From NCBI GenBank assembly GCA_030704615.1, contig CM060734.1, forward strand, positions 58,900,001 through 58,964,000: 64,000 bases of DNA. The letters are read 5' to 3'. The position numbers and the translations under genes are program-made. Below, in pieces: positions 48,140-62,239 of this stretch. Under the pieces are notes generated by a model. That model was given only the letters and a program-made list of their open reading frames with translations, made no database searches and had not been told where the DNA came from. The stretch is from Takakia lepidozioides (taxonomy: Eukaryota; Plantae; Bryophyta). Position 1 is the first letter of the stretch. Every line of letters starts with the position of its first letter.

Positions 48140-49080
48140 ATACCAAACAATTCACTGCCCCTGCAGTATGTACCTTGAAAGAAACAAGCAGTAATCTTCC
48201 GAGTCAAAACAATATGCAAGGGTTTTCTTTAAAAACACTGGGATGTCCAAGAGTACACCATGGTACTTTTCAAGTTAAAACAGCATAACCAGATCTGTTT
48301 TGTTTCAATGAACAGCTCCAAAGACCCTGTTTGGTAAAATTACAGCGCCAGTATACCATTTGAGAAACCCATCACTACGAAATGGTTGATCGTAGTGTAA
48401 AACGGGGCTGTTTCAAGGCCTAGAGCATTAAACTCAAAGAACTCTGTAGGGTATCATAAACCAATCAACAGAGTAGTTCCATACAGCCAAGGGTTCACAT
48501 AGATGTTAGGGGTTTGTGAGGAAACCAACAAATACCCCATGTGGCTCTGAAAATACAGTTGTAGGTCCGAGCAATCTAAGTTAAAACAACATACATTGGT
48601 CTGTTTTACACTTGAATGGAAGTTTAAAGCACATCCCTGTGGAAGCAGCATTCGAGTAGTAAAGTGCCGCAGGGAAGTATGCAGCATTATTCCCTCTTCT
48701 CTGCATTGTCCATATCCTCTGCAAGCTTTACAAATCAAATCAAGTGATGTCCCTCACCTGCGCCTGTCCCAAAAACCATCACAAATGACAATTTGTGTGT
48801 TAGTGAGGATGCGCGAGGTGAGTTACAGGACATCACACTTGCTATCGATGTTAGAGATGATTCCTAAAGCAAGCATTAGATGAAAAGACAAGTAGAACCA
48901 ACATTTTCCAGAAACCTTTAAAGTTTGTGGAATGAAAGTACTCTGTGACATAGCATCCAAGATCTGGCATTCAATCAAAGCAAACACAAAGGGTTTGCTG
49001 AAGGGTAGAGAGGAGCTTATCAACACCATTAAGCTTTCGGAGAGAGAGGGACAGAGAGAGGGAGTGAGAGGGAGACATCA

Positions 49081-49186
49081 GGGGGCAACAAAGAAAAGAA
49101 AAGAAGGTGGGGGGGGGAGTGACTGAGCAGCAGCAACTGCTCAGTCACTCCCCCCCCCACATTCTTTTTTTTTCTTTGTTGCCCCC
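49081..49186. repeat. ~50-bp near-perfect hairpin with 6-nt loop
   Basis: 49081-49130 pairs with 49137-49186; a third related copy lies at about 49935-50000. Confidence 0.9.
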
Positions 49187-49189
49187 TCT

Positions 49190-49930
49190 CTTGGGGAAAC
49201 AAAAAGGACAGATCCTACCTCTGTCAGGGGCTGACGTTGGTAGTAAGATTTACCTTCACATATAGAATTAATCCGGGTTTTCCAGATATCCTCTACAAAT
49301 CCCTTCACACAAGCGTCAATCTGTTGTGTGTGAGATGCCCAAAAACTAGGTCTCAGAAGGGGCTGGGCTTTTGGCTCAGCCTCGTCTTTTTCAAAGTTAG
49401 TAAACAGAGGTACATACACAATTCCCTTGATAGATTTGAAGAGAGCGTCTCTTTGGTGAGAGAACCCCGGACAGTGTATCAGAAAATGAGTACTGTCTTC
49501 AGATTGCCCACACAACGGGCAATTGCACTCTCCCTTTCCTCTCTGTTTTTGTTTGCTGTTCAAAGGTAGGCTTCCTGCCCTGAGTTTAAATTTCAGTCTA
49601 GTGCCGAGAGTGAGTAGACCCTTGAGGTCATCCAAGATGTCCTCCCCCATGTCACTGACTGGAAACAAGTTCAGGGAAGTTTTTTGCCTAACTTCATTTT
49701 CATCAGACAATCTCATGGCAACAAACATGGTTGGACACTACAGCCTCTAAGTCAGATTTATCCAGCAGGGTGAAGAGTTGCGGTTCCAGGTCCAGGTCCT
49801 TGAGAATCTCTTCTACTCTCTTCTGCCAAGACTTAGCCTGTTTGACAGGTTGGTGGGCGATCCTGTTTCCAAGTTATAGAGTCGATTAACTTAGGATATC
49901 TGGTGTTGGACATATGCTGCAGCTGACCGC
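49190..49930 (-). mobile_element. 3' fragment of a non-LTR retrotransposon ORF
   Basis: LKFKLRAGSLPL...CPLCGQSEDSTHFLIHCP, a typical LINE C-terminal CCHC finger. Confidence 0.7.
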
Positions 49931-50029
49931 ACCATCTGACCCCCCCCCAACCCATTTTCTTTCATTGTTGCCCCCTCTCTCCCTCTGTCTCCCTCCTCGG
50001 AACTGGCTGGTTGCATCAGTGTTCTTTTC

Positions 50030-50669
50030 ATGATCTTCCATCTATACCAGATGGACTCTAAAAGGTGTTTTCACCCGACTTGTAAAGGTTTTCTATCCAT
50101 ACCGGAAGAATCACCTGGGTGGACACTAAAGTACCTTTAAAAAGGACCTATAATTTTTCATTCCTCTTTTATTGACTTTCATCTATATCAGATGAGTCAC
50201 CAGAGAATGAGGAATTACCTCCATAGGGGTTATGACACTGGCATCCTATCTATAATTTTTCCATCCATGCCGGATGAAAAATACCAGGATTTGAATTCGT
50301 TTTATTCCCCCTTTATGCTTTTTTCCGTACTGGATGAGGCTTTCTCTTAAGGGATGACAAATTACCTGTTAGGATGAAAAACTGTTGCCCTGGATGATGT
50401 ATACTACTTTTTCATCTTGCTGATGGACCTCATCCAAATAAATGAACCTATTTATTTTTTCATCTAGACCGGATGAAAAAAACAGCTTATGATGGCCATG
50501 GAGATTTTTTTAATTACCCTTAATTATTGCTAATTAAGGAGTGAAACCCTAACTCCTACCCTATGATCTACTGTTTAAACCTAGCTAACGGATGACATTT
50601 GTCGGGTTTTTAAGAGAAAGGGTATTGATTATTCATCCCCCGGATGAAAAATCGGGCTTTTCCCTAGGG
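50030..50669. repeat. Cluster of ggatgaaaa / ttttcatc motifs ending in a degenerate CACTA-like terminus (cgggcttttccctaggg)
   Basis: Motif copies at about 50272, 50372, 50409, 50470, 50591 and 50642. Confidence 0.45.
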
Positions 50670-52479
50670 TGTCTCTCCCGCTGTCAGCTGCATTCCTCGT
50701 GCTGCTGAGCTTGCGAGTTATGGCGTCTGAGCTCTGCTGCTACCCTGTTTGCTGCTTCATGCCGGACGAGCTCCTGGGGATGCGCAATGGCGGCGTATTG
50801 TCTCTTCTCACAGGCGGGAGAACCCGTTGTGATGGCATCGTCCCTTTCCCTCCTCTGGTTTTCGCAGCTGCGCTTTGGTGGGGAAGTATATCGCTCCCTA
50901 TCCCTTCTTAGACCTAGCATTTGCATGCTTCGCTTCTCCTTAGCTGTGCTGGAGGTGGCGTGTTGGTGGCGATGGCGCAGTGTTACCTTCCCCAATCGCT
51001 CAAGGTGATTTTGGCGATTAGGGTTCATTTTACTTCATATCTTTCTCTCTTGTTTTTGGGGTTCTTAGTTGACATCGATAACAAGTGTAGGGGTCTGTGA
51101 TTCACCTGGGGTTCCACAATCCTCACTAACCCATTGGTTTTTGTGTGGGCTTGTGATGGGACCAGGTGAGGATCCCTACCTACTTTGAATTCTCTTGACC
51201 TTGCAGATAAGGATGTGTGCAAAAGGAACATACTGGTGCTGCCTGCAGCCCCGATTTCAGCCCGCTTGCTCCCGGTTTGACATGATGATGCTTGCTTTTG
51301 ACTTATCTTTTGCTGCTACTGATGGAGCACTTTGGCCTGGCAGCCTTGTCTCATGCAGCACTGCATGTGAATCCTACCTTGTCTTGAATCTTTGACAGCT
51401 TTGCATGTGGATGTTTAAACTAGGTTTCCCTTTTTTTTGGCCTTAAAAGAGGATTGATGGTGTAAGGGACAAGTCATAAGTGGCTATTTGGCTCTAAGGA
51501 TGAGGAGACCTGAGTTTTGTTAAAAAAGACAGCCTGATAAGGCAGTGACAGGCCGTTTTCAGACCTGGATTTGTTGTGGAATGGAACATAGTGAGGTTCT
51601 ATTTGCAAAACATGGCATTAGCCTCCTTTTAAAGAGTGACGGTAAGCTCTAAAGGACTCTGGCCAATGATTATTTATTTTATTTTGCCATATGAACAACC
51701 ACCTGCATTGTATGATTTATCTTGGCCAAGTGGGCTTGGTCTTGGGCACTCAAAGTGTATGTGTGTCCAGATCTGGATGCTGTGACAGGGCAGGCCTTTC
51801 TTCCATGCCAAAACGCCGTACATGATGTATATCTTGGGGCAAGTGTACATGATGTAGAATGAAGTCGCAGTCAGTCTTGTCATGCCCAAAGTGATCACTT
51901 GGTTGCATGTTTGAAGTCTGATTTACTGTAGGCTGGGCCAGCAAGAGTCCTATGTGCACAGGTCCTGAATATATACAATGACAGACTGTTCTTCCATACC
52001 CAGAAGGCCTTGCACAATGCATGATTTGGGGTGCTTACATTTGGCCAAATGTGAAGCGGCAATATGGCTTACCATGCCCAAGAAGTGTACTTGGTGGTAG
52101 GCCAGAAGTGTAATTAATTGCAGGCTGGTCCTTCCTGCTGCCGGTGTGAACACTCACTGAATGTGTTGTAGGGCAGACTGTTCTTACCTACCTTGCATAA
52201 TGCTTGTCTTGGATCACCTCAAGGTACTTGTGTATACATATCTTGGATCTATAATGTGGCAAGAAGTTCTTATATGCCTATGATATCTTGCATGGTGCAT
52301 ATCTTATGGATAACTATGGATGATATAATCTGAGGCTGCAATCTGACTTATATTTTGCAAGAGGGTCACTTGGGTACATGACAAGAATCTGATTATGAAC
52401 ATACCCCGCCCTCCCACCCTGTTTTATCATGACTGAATGGGTGGCGTCACTTGGTGTGTTATGACAAGACTGGAAATGT

Positions 52480-52639
52480 TAGATGGTGCCCTGTCATGGG
52501 CTGTTTATGTCTTTAATTGACAAATGACCCTAGTTGGTCTTGTCCATGTCTTGACATGACATGAATATCTTCCCTCTCTCTTATTAACTTTTTCTACCCC
52601 CTCTTTCCCTCTCTGGTTTTTTTTTTTTGTGAGCAACAC

Positions 52640-52713
<74 letters not shown>

Positions 52714-52810
52714 ATTTTTTGTCATGTCAAGACAAAGACAGGACCCGTAGGGTCGTTGTCATGAAAGAATAAATAGACATATCAGCCACTTAACAGTGGC
52801 ACCATCCATC
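52480..52810. repeat. Imperfect foldback (MITE-like) enclosing a (GA)n microsatellite (~52644-52708)
   Basis: gtcttgacatgaca..atatctt (52548-52571) pairs with aagatat..tgtcatgtcaagac (52709-52733); gatggtgcc pairs with ggcaccatc at the outer ends. Confidence 0.7.
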
Positions 52811-53559
52811 AATCATCAAGCTTAGAAAATCCAGAATTACATCCATGCACAGTAATGTGTTCATGTCAGTATTATTCATAATCCAGAGAGTATGCCACTA
52901 ATGCTGATTGACCACCAGTCAAGATCATGATACACTTACAGAGGTCTGGGTGGGATGGCGGGTACTTGGCCATATTTTGGCCTTGATGTGGTGCAGGTCA
53001 CATAGTCATACAGATTTACTGTCTACAAGCTGTAACGCTAGGAACCATTCATGGAGGATTACCTCACTTGCTCTTGGGCAATGGTGCCGGCGGTAACGAC
53101 GAATCCAATCAGTTCATGGAAAGACATCCTCCGGACGACTTCCCCTACGACGAGGCACCTCTGGAGGTCTCAGCCTCAATGGAACAAGAATTCGCGGACA
53201 TACTTCGCATTGTAGGTGATGACAAATACCTGGAGGCACATGCCCAATCTGCTCTTCGTATGTGTAGAGGGCAGCTCGTTGATATCCTGGCAAAAAGTGC
53301 GGCTGGAATGTTGCACCTTGCGGCAGCGAAGGCTTTCCGTTCTCTGAACAACAACAACAACATGTCTCTGAAAAGGAGACGAGATTTCGTGGAGGCCTGG
53401 AAAACCCGGCCTAGGGTTTTGCGGAGAACCAGCAAGAGGTGTCTGCACCTGCACCTGCACCTGCACCACATATATACTCGAAAATCCACAAGGTTTCAGG
53501 TCGTGTAGGTGTCACGAAGAAGACAATATAAATCTGCAATTCCTCTGGTAGCATTGTCC

Positions 53560-56500
53560 CTTTCTGAAATACAAGTCCGCAATGGATTCATGCACAGTCT
53601 CCCAATGGACTCTTCCAGTCTCCACAATCCCAGCACACTCCAGCACAAACTCCCATCAGACGGCTGCAGAGTCCCACAATGGATTCCTGCACAGTCTCCC
53701 AACTGACTCCCACACAGTCTCCCAAGCATAGTCTCCCAACGGACTCACGCACAGTCTCCCAACAGAGTCACAATCAACAGACTACAAACGCCAGTCTGCT
53801 GCCCACTCCAAAAGTCTGCTCACCACACTTCCACCTCATCCCTGCAACTCTTCCAGCAGAATGCTGGACAGACTCATCCACAACAGCAGACTCAAAATGG
53901 ACAGGCTCCAATGCACTACCTCCCTAACGACTCATGCCAATCCAGCATCCCAGCGGACTCATGGACATGGTGCCTACCAGACTAGGTACCAGACCCACCA
54001 GTCCTAGCCTCGGCAGCGTACTGCTCGCACATTCAAGCTCAGCAGACTCGGGTGCACAGTGCATGGAAAAATTGACACCATTGTGTCCATTGAGTTTAGT
54101 GACAACATTACAAAACATGCCAGCACCCACATTACACAAAAGTGTTCATCACCACTGGAATAGTAAGCGAAAAGACTCGCATTTTTTATTTCGGTACATA
54201 GACTTCACATGACAAGTACATCATACTCATGAGAGCAGTTTCTCTACATTGTCCAACCCCCGCACGATATACTGGGCACACTGCATTCGCTGCCCAAGTG
54301 CAAACTTGAAAGTAAACCAGTCCTTCGTGAAAGGTGTTCCTCTCTCTGGCTTTGCAGTCTTGGAGACATTTCCTCTGACTTTTACCCACTCATAAAACAC
54401 TTGAATGAATGACATGACATAAAAGCCACACTCCCAGCTGAATGGTTGCTGGGGCACATCAGGCGCGTGGAACTGAAATGCTTGGACAATCTCATGCCAC
54501 TCCGGTGAGTCCATTGAGTACCCTAAGCACTCAGCATGAAGCTTCCGAATCCACCCTAGAACAAAGGGACAACTATGCGAGTCCCTGATAGAGTTCAGGT
54601 GAGTGTAACAGCCCTTGCGGAGGTCGATGATACAAACACTCCAGTGCCCCCTACAATGGTATCAAACAACATGGCGTCATTGCACAATCATGATCGGCAG
54701 ACTCAGCAGACTGACACTCAGCAGACCGACCACTCAGCAGACTCAGCACTCAGCAGACTCAATCTTCAAACCTAGTCCACTGCACAAATACAAAGGTCAA
54801 CTTAATCGCTCAGAGTCAAGACGACACTGCGAAACCAGACTATGACTCAGGAGACAGTCTCAACAGACTCGGAAGAGTTCTTACTTGTCCCCAATTGGCA
54901 CCAAAATGAAATCGCACTTTTTCAAGTCTTTGCCCAATCATTCAGTGCTGAGGCAACCTTTCAAGACCTCCAAAAGGCTTTCACGTTGCCCCACCCCCAA
55001 TGACTTCAACACCGTCCACGTTGACGTTGGAAGAACAGCAATAGTGTTGGTGAACGCAGCCTCAACCGACTTCTCATAGAATCGATACCATAGCTCCAGG
55101 AGTCTATCTGTGCACTCCGACTCAACCTTCTGGAGCGCCTTTATGTCATCCGACGACAGTCCGCATTCAAACCGTGGGTCCCTTTCAAAAAACATCAGCA
55201 TGGAATTACCCGCCTTGACGTGCAGAGCATGTGCTTTGCCAAACCAAGCACCCATCCTGCACAGAGCAGACCATCCTTCGGGAAGCCTCATGTACTGAAG
55301 AGACTGACGTCAACATGGTACCAAACACTCTACAGGCTGAACAGTTCATCAGACTGACAAGACTAACCACAACAGACAATGATGAAACCAGCAGCAGACT
55401 GACCAGCGAGCAGACTGACCACAACAGAGCGCAAAGCACTTAACGACAAAGACAGATGAGGAGACTGAGCACAGTACTCACCTGTGCTGCTCCAGGAAAC
55501 GACCCACATCTTTGTCCATGTCCAAGGCCAGCTTGCGGTTCTTGTTCATAAAGACGCCAGACTTTTTCTTTGCCGGTCTCTTGGTACTCGAACCCTCCTC
55601 GACCTCCTCAGCATGGTCCATGACAGTCCACTTCTTGGCTTTGCCTCTCCCCTGGGAAGCAGAGACAGTTGTAGGCGGGCTGGATAGAGCAGACAAACGC
55701 AGCGCTGCCGCCCTACTTCGCAACAGAGGCTGGTAAGCAGGTTTGTTTACACTTGCTGGACCTGTCTTTGCAGCTTCGTGGGTCGCATACGTAGAACTGA
55801 CCCGCGCATCGGGAGGCGTGCTCACCCCCACACCTTTCTTGGTTGTCGATCCCACGTTTGCAGCATGGGCGGAAGATGTCATGTCCTCAGAAGTAGATAG
55901 TCTGCCGACGGAGGGACGAACATCCTGTGAGGATACCGAGCAAAATGGCGAATTAGCCCAATTTCACAATGTGCTAAAACATAAACAACAGTGCTGAAAG
56001 AGGAAAAGGCACAACCTGCCCAAGGGGGGAGGGAGCTCCATGTAATCCAGCGCTATACCAGACGGTGTCTGCGCCGCATGTGGTTCCTTGTCAGTGTGCC
56101 TGCCAGCATGTTCAGTCTGTTGCTCAATGTGGGCAGTTTGTTCGGCCGCCGGTTCTTCGTCAGTCCTTTCGTCTGTGAACTGTGCAGTCTGCTGGCAACT
56201 CTGCGGTTCAGTCTCTTCCTCAATGTGGGCAGTGTGCTCGGTGGCAGGTTGGTCGTCAATCTTTCCCTCTGTGAAGTGTGCAGTGTGCTGGTCAGGCCGT
56301 GCAGTCTGAACTGTGCAGTCAGAGCTGAGCTGTGCAGTCTGCCGCTCCGAGCCATCTTGGTCAGTCCTTCCATCTGTGACCTGTGCAGTCTGCTGGTTAG
56401 TCTGCAGTTCAGTCTGCTCATCAATGAAGACAGTATGTTGCCCCGCCACAGGTTGCTCGGCAGTCCTTCCATGTGTCGACTGTTCAGTGTGCTGGTCAGT

Positions 56501-59500
56501 CTGGTGGACAACTGGTTGGGTGTTCGGATCTCCATGGACTTGGGAAACATCAAGAACATGTATGGAAGACCCACCGGCAATTGCTTCCTCAGACTCTTCT
56601 GTAAGATCTATGATACGGTTTTGCGTTCCCAGATTGAGTTCGGTCATCACGTAAGACTCATCTATGGCTTTCGTCACTGAGCGCACGAAAACGGGACTAA
56701 GCTGGAAGGTCATAGAAGGCAGGCCACGGGGAGCTGGATAAGAATGCTTTACCGGTGACCTGATGACGTCGTCAGTGAATGTGCCTGGGGAAAAAGTGGA
56801 CTCGGTTAAAACACTCATACTGGCAGATCCAAAAACATGGTGTTGGGAACTCAGCAGAAATTCGTCCACAGGGTCCCAGTGAGGCCAGTGCATCCGAGTC
56901 TGTTGCACAATCCAGGGAACAGACTGGCTGTTAGTCTCCTGGATAGTCTGCTCGGCCATCTGCGGAGTGGGTTCGCCAGTGTGTTGCACAGTCTGCTGAG
57001 GGGCAATCTGCTGGTTGGATTCGTCGGTCTGCTGCGCGGTCTGCTGCACAGTCTGCTGAGGGGCAGTCTGGTGGCCATGTTCGCTGGTCTGCTGCACAGT
57101 CGGCTGAGGGGCAGTCTGTTGGCCGGTCTGTTCTCCGGTCTGCTGCAAAGTCTGCAAAGTTCGTCGCCCGCTCAGTACTGTTTGCACATACTGAGTATGT
57201 GTGTGCGGGGCAGTCTGCTGGGAGTGATCCGGCCTATTACCCGAGATGGTCTGGTGTACATGCTCGGTCTCCAGCACTTGGGCAGTCTGCCCACATGTGT
57301 CGTGGGGAATATGTTGTTGGACATTCTTGTGGCCAATCTGCTGGACAGTCTCCCGAACTCCTTGTAAAGCCAGGACAAGGTCCCTTGCATCTCTGGCAAA
57401 AAAATCGAAAGCAGCCTGCACTTGCTTGTCTCCCAGATCAACTCGCCCTGCAACACATGTTTATGCAAATGTGAACTTCTAAAAAAGTTGGCAAAAGAAA
57501 TTGAGCTGAAACACGAAAGTTGCCCATAATATTTTACCTTCCAAGAGATTTCCGACGAGGCCAATGCCCTTGATTTGCCGGCACAGGCATGCTCCATCGA
57601 GATGAGCAATGGCGCCGATGCGGTCTTCAGTTGGGATCCCACACCACAGGACTTTGAAGACATTGGGATTTTGCAAAACAATGTAGAATACTGCTCGCTC
57701 CATCACCAATGCAAACCAGTGCAATGCGTCATCCACCAAAAACTTCTGTGAATGGTCTGTTCCATGGAGTAAGTCCATCCTCAAACTATGCAGATCCTTC
57801 ATCAACTTGTTGTATGAGCGGAAATTGCCAAATTGCATCCATCTGTGTTGTAGGAAGGAAGCTGCCATGCGCTCGAAGTCCTCCTCAGTCAATCCGAACA
57901 AGTGTTTTTTTCGCACCCCAAAGGTTGGATGTGCCATAGGCATATGTCTGAGGTCTTCAGGCCATGGGTCATCCATGAGAATCAGTTGCACAAGTAGAGG
58001 CGGCGCATTTTGGACGCTTGTGGCTTCAATGGCAACAGCAGAGGCGGCTTCCAGAACATGGTTGGCTTCCTCAATAGAAAACTCCATGGAATAATGAAAG
58101 GGTACAAATGACCACCGGCGGTCCGCAACAATCCGGTGGAGCTCATTATGCCAATCCAAATGGGGATTAATTTCTCCCATCCTAAGCCGGGGAAGTGTGA
58201 GGTCTTCAGCTCCGGGTCGAATTACCGGTGATAGGATCGCCAAACTGAAAAAAACGCCGTGCTATCTGAGAGAAAGGCAGTCTGCTGGTCAGTCTACTGG
58301 TCCACAGTCTGTTGGATGAGGACTTCCCATTGGCATGGGCTGCATGATGGACTCCTGGAGGGGAGTCTGCAGGATGACAGGCTGCTCGTTGGGAGTCTGC
58401 TCCGTTGGAGTCTGCTGAATGACAGGCTGCTGAATGGGAGTCTGCTGGATGGCAAACTCCGCTGTCCTAGACGCATCCCCCCCCCCCCCCCCGACGCGTC
58501 TTGAATATGTAATGCCGCTATAGCAGCAGATGACCTAGGATACTTCAATAATATGCACTCTCGCACGCGGTCCACTTCCGCACGCACTGCAATCGCTTGT
58601 AAAGGAGCATCATTGCTAGGTATCCGCCAAGCCTGAATGGCCCTACGAATAGAAACACGTTCATCCTGGTACACGGCAGAGAACTTGGACGTCAGGAACA
58701 TGGACGTGGACTCTATATTCACCTCATGCAGCGGACTGGACTCACAGACCAGCAGACTGACAGACGTAACGTGCGTACATAGGGTGGAGGCATCTAGTAG
58801 ACTGTACCAGCGGACTGACAAACGGACTCAGTAAGTAATGCAGCGATATAAAACAGACTAACTGACGAGCGGAGTGAGCCAGCGGACTGAGGAGAGAACG
58901 CAGCGGATTGACCAGACTGAATAGGCAACGTGACCCCGATGATGGACTCAAACAGCACAAAGAGCAGACTGGGCGGTCAGACTGACCATTACCTCCTCTA
59001 CTTCATCATCGTCATCTTCATCTTCAAAGTTGTTCAACCAGTTTTGTTCCGCCTGTCAGATGAATGTGCGTAGCAGACCTGACTGGGCAACTCTGTAGAA
59101 ATAACGGAAGAAGTCTGGATCCCCAATTGGTGGGCACTCTGGTGGAAAAAGCCCAAAGTCAACGAGGCGCAATGTGCCAGGGCAGACTGGCCCTTCAGTG
59201 CTCTGTTGAGTTTTTGGTTTTGACCCTAAACCTCTGGCATGGGTCGCGATATTTGTGTAAGTCTGCTGCCGAGTCTGGTCAGGCAAGTCAATGTCCATTG
59301 GACTTGTCACCCCTACCAGGCCTTCGAAGTCATCATTCCGGATAATGGTTTGCCCGCCCTGAGCAGATTCACTTTCAGTATCAGTACTGATGGTGTGGGT
59401 GTGCCGCCCAGGACGGGGTTCAGTCTGTTGCGTGGATTTTGCCCTTGCCTCGCGAGCAGACCTTGCAACCTTCTTCTTTTTTTGCCTTTTTTTTTTTTGG

Positions 59501-62220
59501 GCCCCATCACTCAGTTTACGTTTTCTGGCAGCGTCCGGCGTTCCCTGCACTTGCAAATATTCCATTGACGGGCCACCAGAATGGACGCCATACCGTGCGC
59601 GCACTTCGTTTAATTCCAAAGTGCGGGGGTCAAGCACTGATCCGTGCAAGCGCATTGTGGCCTCTTTGACAATCGACATTTCTTTCAGTATCGGCCAAGG
59701 CTTGAAATCCCGTGGAATCATTGCAACAGTCTCCTTGCAACCTGTGTCAACACAATGCCGATTTAGTTGGATTTTGTCCTTGATAACCTCTTCATAGAAG
59801 GGACAGAAGAGCTTGTCCTTCTGCCAATTCGAGATTTTGGGCTTCCGGGTGTGGAGGTCTACAAATGCTTCCACTATTTTATGATCAAACTCATCTGGTG
59901 AGTACCAGTACCTTCGCTCCTTCTTCAGTCTGGTTTGGTGCACAAAATCCACCCAGTCCGCTCCACCCTTTTCACAAGCATCCTCCATCGCTGCAGAATG
60001 AAACGAGGGTGCAAGGACAATGAGCGACAGATAGAAGTCCTATGAAAAGACTCACCCTAAGCAAGAAGACGACACAGAATGGAATGGAAATACCGTAGCA
60101 AGTGAGAACCTCACCGAGCCGATGAACTTCGAGTTGTTACGAAGGCGAGCGTGTTTGCGACGCTTCGCGGCTCACAGCGACTCTCCACACCTGGGGAAGA
60201 ACGGCCGTCTTTCGTTACGGTGATGGAAACGTAAAGAGGAAAACAAAACAGTGCGAAGAAACAGGCGCGAAGAGAATGGAGTCGATCGCACAGGGAACAT
60301 GAGAAGAAAGTAGAAGTAGAAGGGGGAAAGCGGGGGAAAGCGGGCATGGCACTGCCAACGTGGCTCGATTTCACAGGCGCCAACTATCCGCCGTCATCGC
60401 ATTAAATACGTCCACCGCACGAACGCATCGTACTAAATTCATCCACGGTCCTCGCACGTGCAGAAGACTCATTTCCCATCGGGCCGAGAGTCCACCGGAC
60501 CGCCAGTCCAGCGGACTATTCGCTTTGCTGAGGCGAAGCGGCTTCATATTGGAGGCACTTCCCTGCCAGCGGACACACTGAAAAGAGACTGGCAGTAGAA
60601 CAGACTGACAAAGTACCAGACGAACAGACTGATATCCATCGGGGAACGATTGTCGAGCACACCTCCAGTTCAGCAGACTGGTTTGCAAAGAAGCGGGTGG
60701 AATGAAGACAAAAGAGAGTAAGGGGAGAATAGGAAAGTCGAACACACCCATTGCGAACAGACTCGCGGCACAACAGACTGATATATACACAGTCCAACAG
60801 ACTGATATCCATAGAGGAGAACTGTCCAGCAGACGGACGTTCCGCCAGACTAGCGGGAGAACAAGCCAAAAGACTGACCGGAGGGAAAATAAGAAGTCAA
60901 ACAGACTTAGTGCAACAGACTTCCGACACAACAGACTGACAAATTCACAAGTGCGACAGACTGATATCCCAATAGATGGACTTCCAGCAAACCGCCTCCA
61001 AACTAACTGTTATGCACGCGATAAGAGGAATATCCAGAGCATTGACGGGCCAGCGGACCCACTGTGAACAGACTCGCGACACAACGGACCTCAAACATCC
61101 ACGCGCATTTGCAGATGCAATTGTCTCAGCCTGGTCCGTCTCCTAGCAAATGCGACAATGTACCGATTCTGCACCTACTCCCATCGTGGTTCAGACATCT
61201 GCATTCAGCAGGTGCGTGTGGATGTTTGAGGACCTTAGGACTGGATGGTGTTCCGTGACGACTCGAATTGCTTTTTTGTGCTGCCATCCCTTATATAATA
61301 CCATGTGGATCCATCACAAAGCTGGGTTTCTTCAGATTCTCCACCATTTTCCACAACTTATGCACGACGGATGCAAGCCGCTATACTTGGTCACATAAAC
61401 AGTCCCATCGTCTGATACGAAATCTGCAATACACGCCCCCATGTGCATACGCTTCCACCATTTTCGCGCCCATGTTACCCATGGGTTTCTTTAACGAACT
61501 AAACTTGTGAAGGCTCTCATGAGGGATGCAATACGAAGGGGCTAAACGTATCATGACGGATCACAAGCAGAGGACGTTATCGACGACAAATGTCCACATT
61601 TTCCATATTTATGACATAGAACCAAACCATAAAACGAAGGTTCCCGAAAGCACAACAAGAAGGCAAAAATAGTGGAAGTATATGCACGATGGTGGCTGTA
61701 GTGCCGAGACAGTCATCTCATGTTCAAGCACACGTTTCATCATCATCATGAATATCGCGCACAAAAGAGGAACAGTCGCGTGCATGGAAACGCCTACCGC
61801 AACATCGGACAACAAACAGCCGTCAAAAGAGAGCGGCCGGGATTTGGTGGCAAGATCATTGTCATTTTTGCAGCCCTAAAAATGGAGGGCTTGGATGGGT
61901 TATGGGAATGGACGGTGGCGATCCTGCGCCTTCAGCGGACTGGATGGCAGGGGACTGGCCAGCGGACTGGCGGATAGACTGGCGGACAGGCAGACTGCTG
62001 GGCAGCGGACTGGCCAACACCGGACTGGCGGACTGGCACACTGCTGGGCAGCAGACTGGCCAACAGCGAACTGGCAGACTGGAGGGCAGCGGACTCATGG
62101 GCGGGGGACTGGCCGCGCGGCAGACGGGGGCGCGGGCGGGGCGGGGCGGGCGGGGTGCTGGGGAGCCGGGCGTCCGTGTGCGGGGCCCACCGGCCACATC
62201 GCACGTGCCCATTGAAGACC
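53560..62220 (-). mobile_element. Large probable DNA-transposon-derived segment: multi-exon ORF ending in Ulp1 domain, saturated with CAGACT motifs
   Basis: Collinear minus-strand ORFs 59056-59988, 57479-58243, 55964-57421 (Q/T-rich) and 55478-55882 precede the Ulp1 exons. Ulp1 genes are known cargo of plant MULE and CACTA elements. No transposase or TIR recognised. Confidence 0.55.
54227..55291 (-). pseudogene. Ulp1-like (C48) SUMO/ubiquitin-like protease domain, two exons, TE-associated
   Basis: CDFILVPIGDK spliced (intron 54884-54651, GT..AG) to GHWSVCIID..THLNS..PDVPQQPFSWECGFYVMSFI, giving the His, Gln and Cys catalytic pattern; in-frame TGA at 54938-54940. Confidence 0.8.
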
Positions 62221-62239
62221 CTATTATCTTAAAATGAGA

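Noticed and set aside
50670-53510. Short ORFs, including 53068-53508
   Set aside because: No recognisable domain or consistent exon chain could be built by eye.
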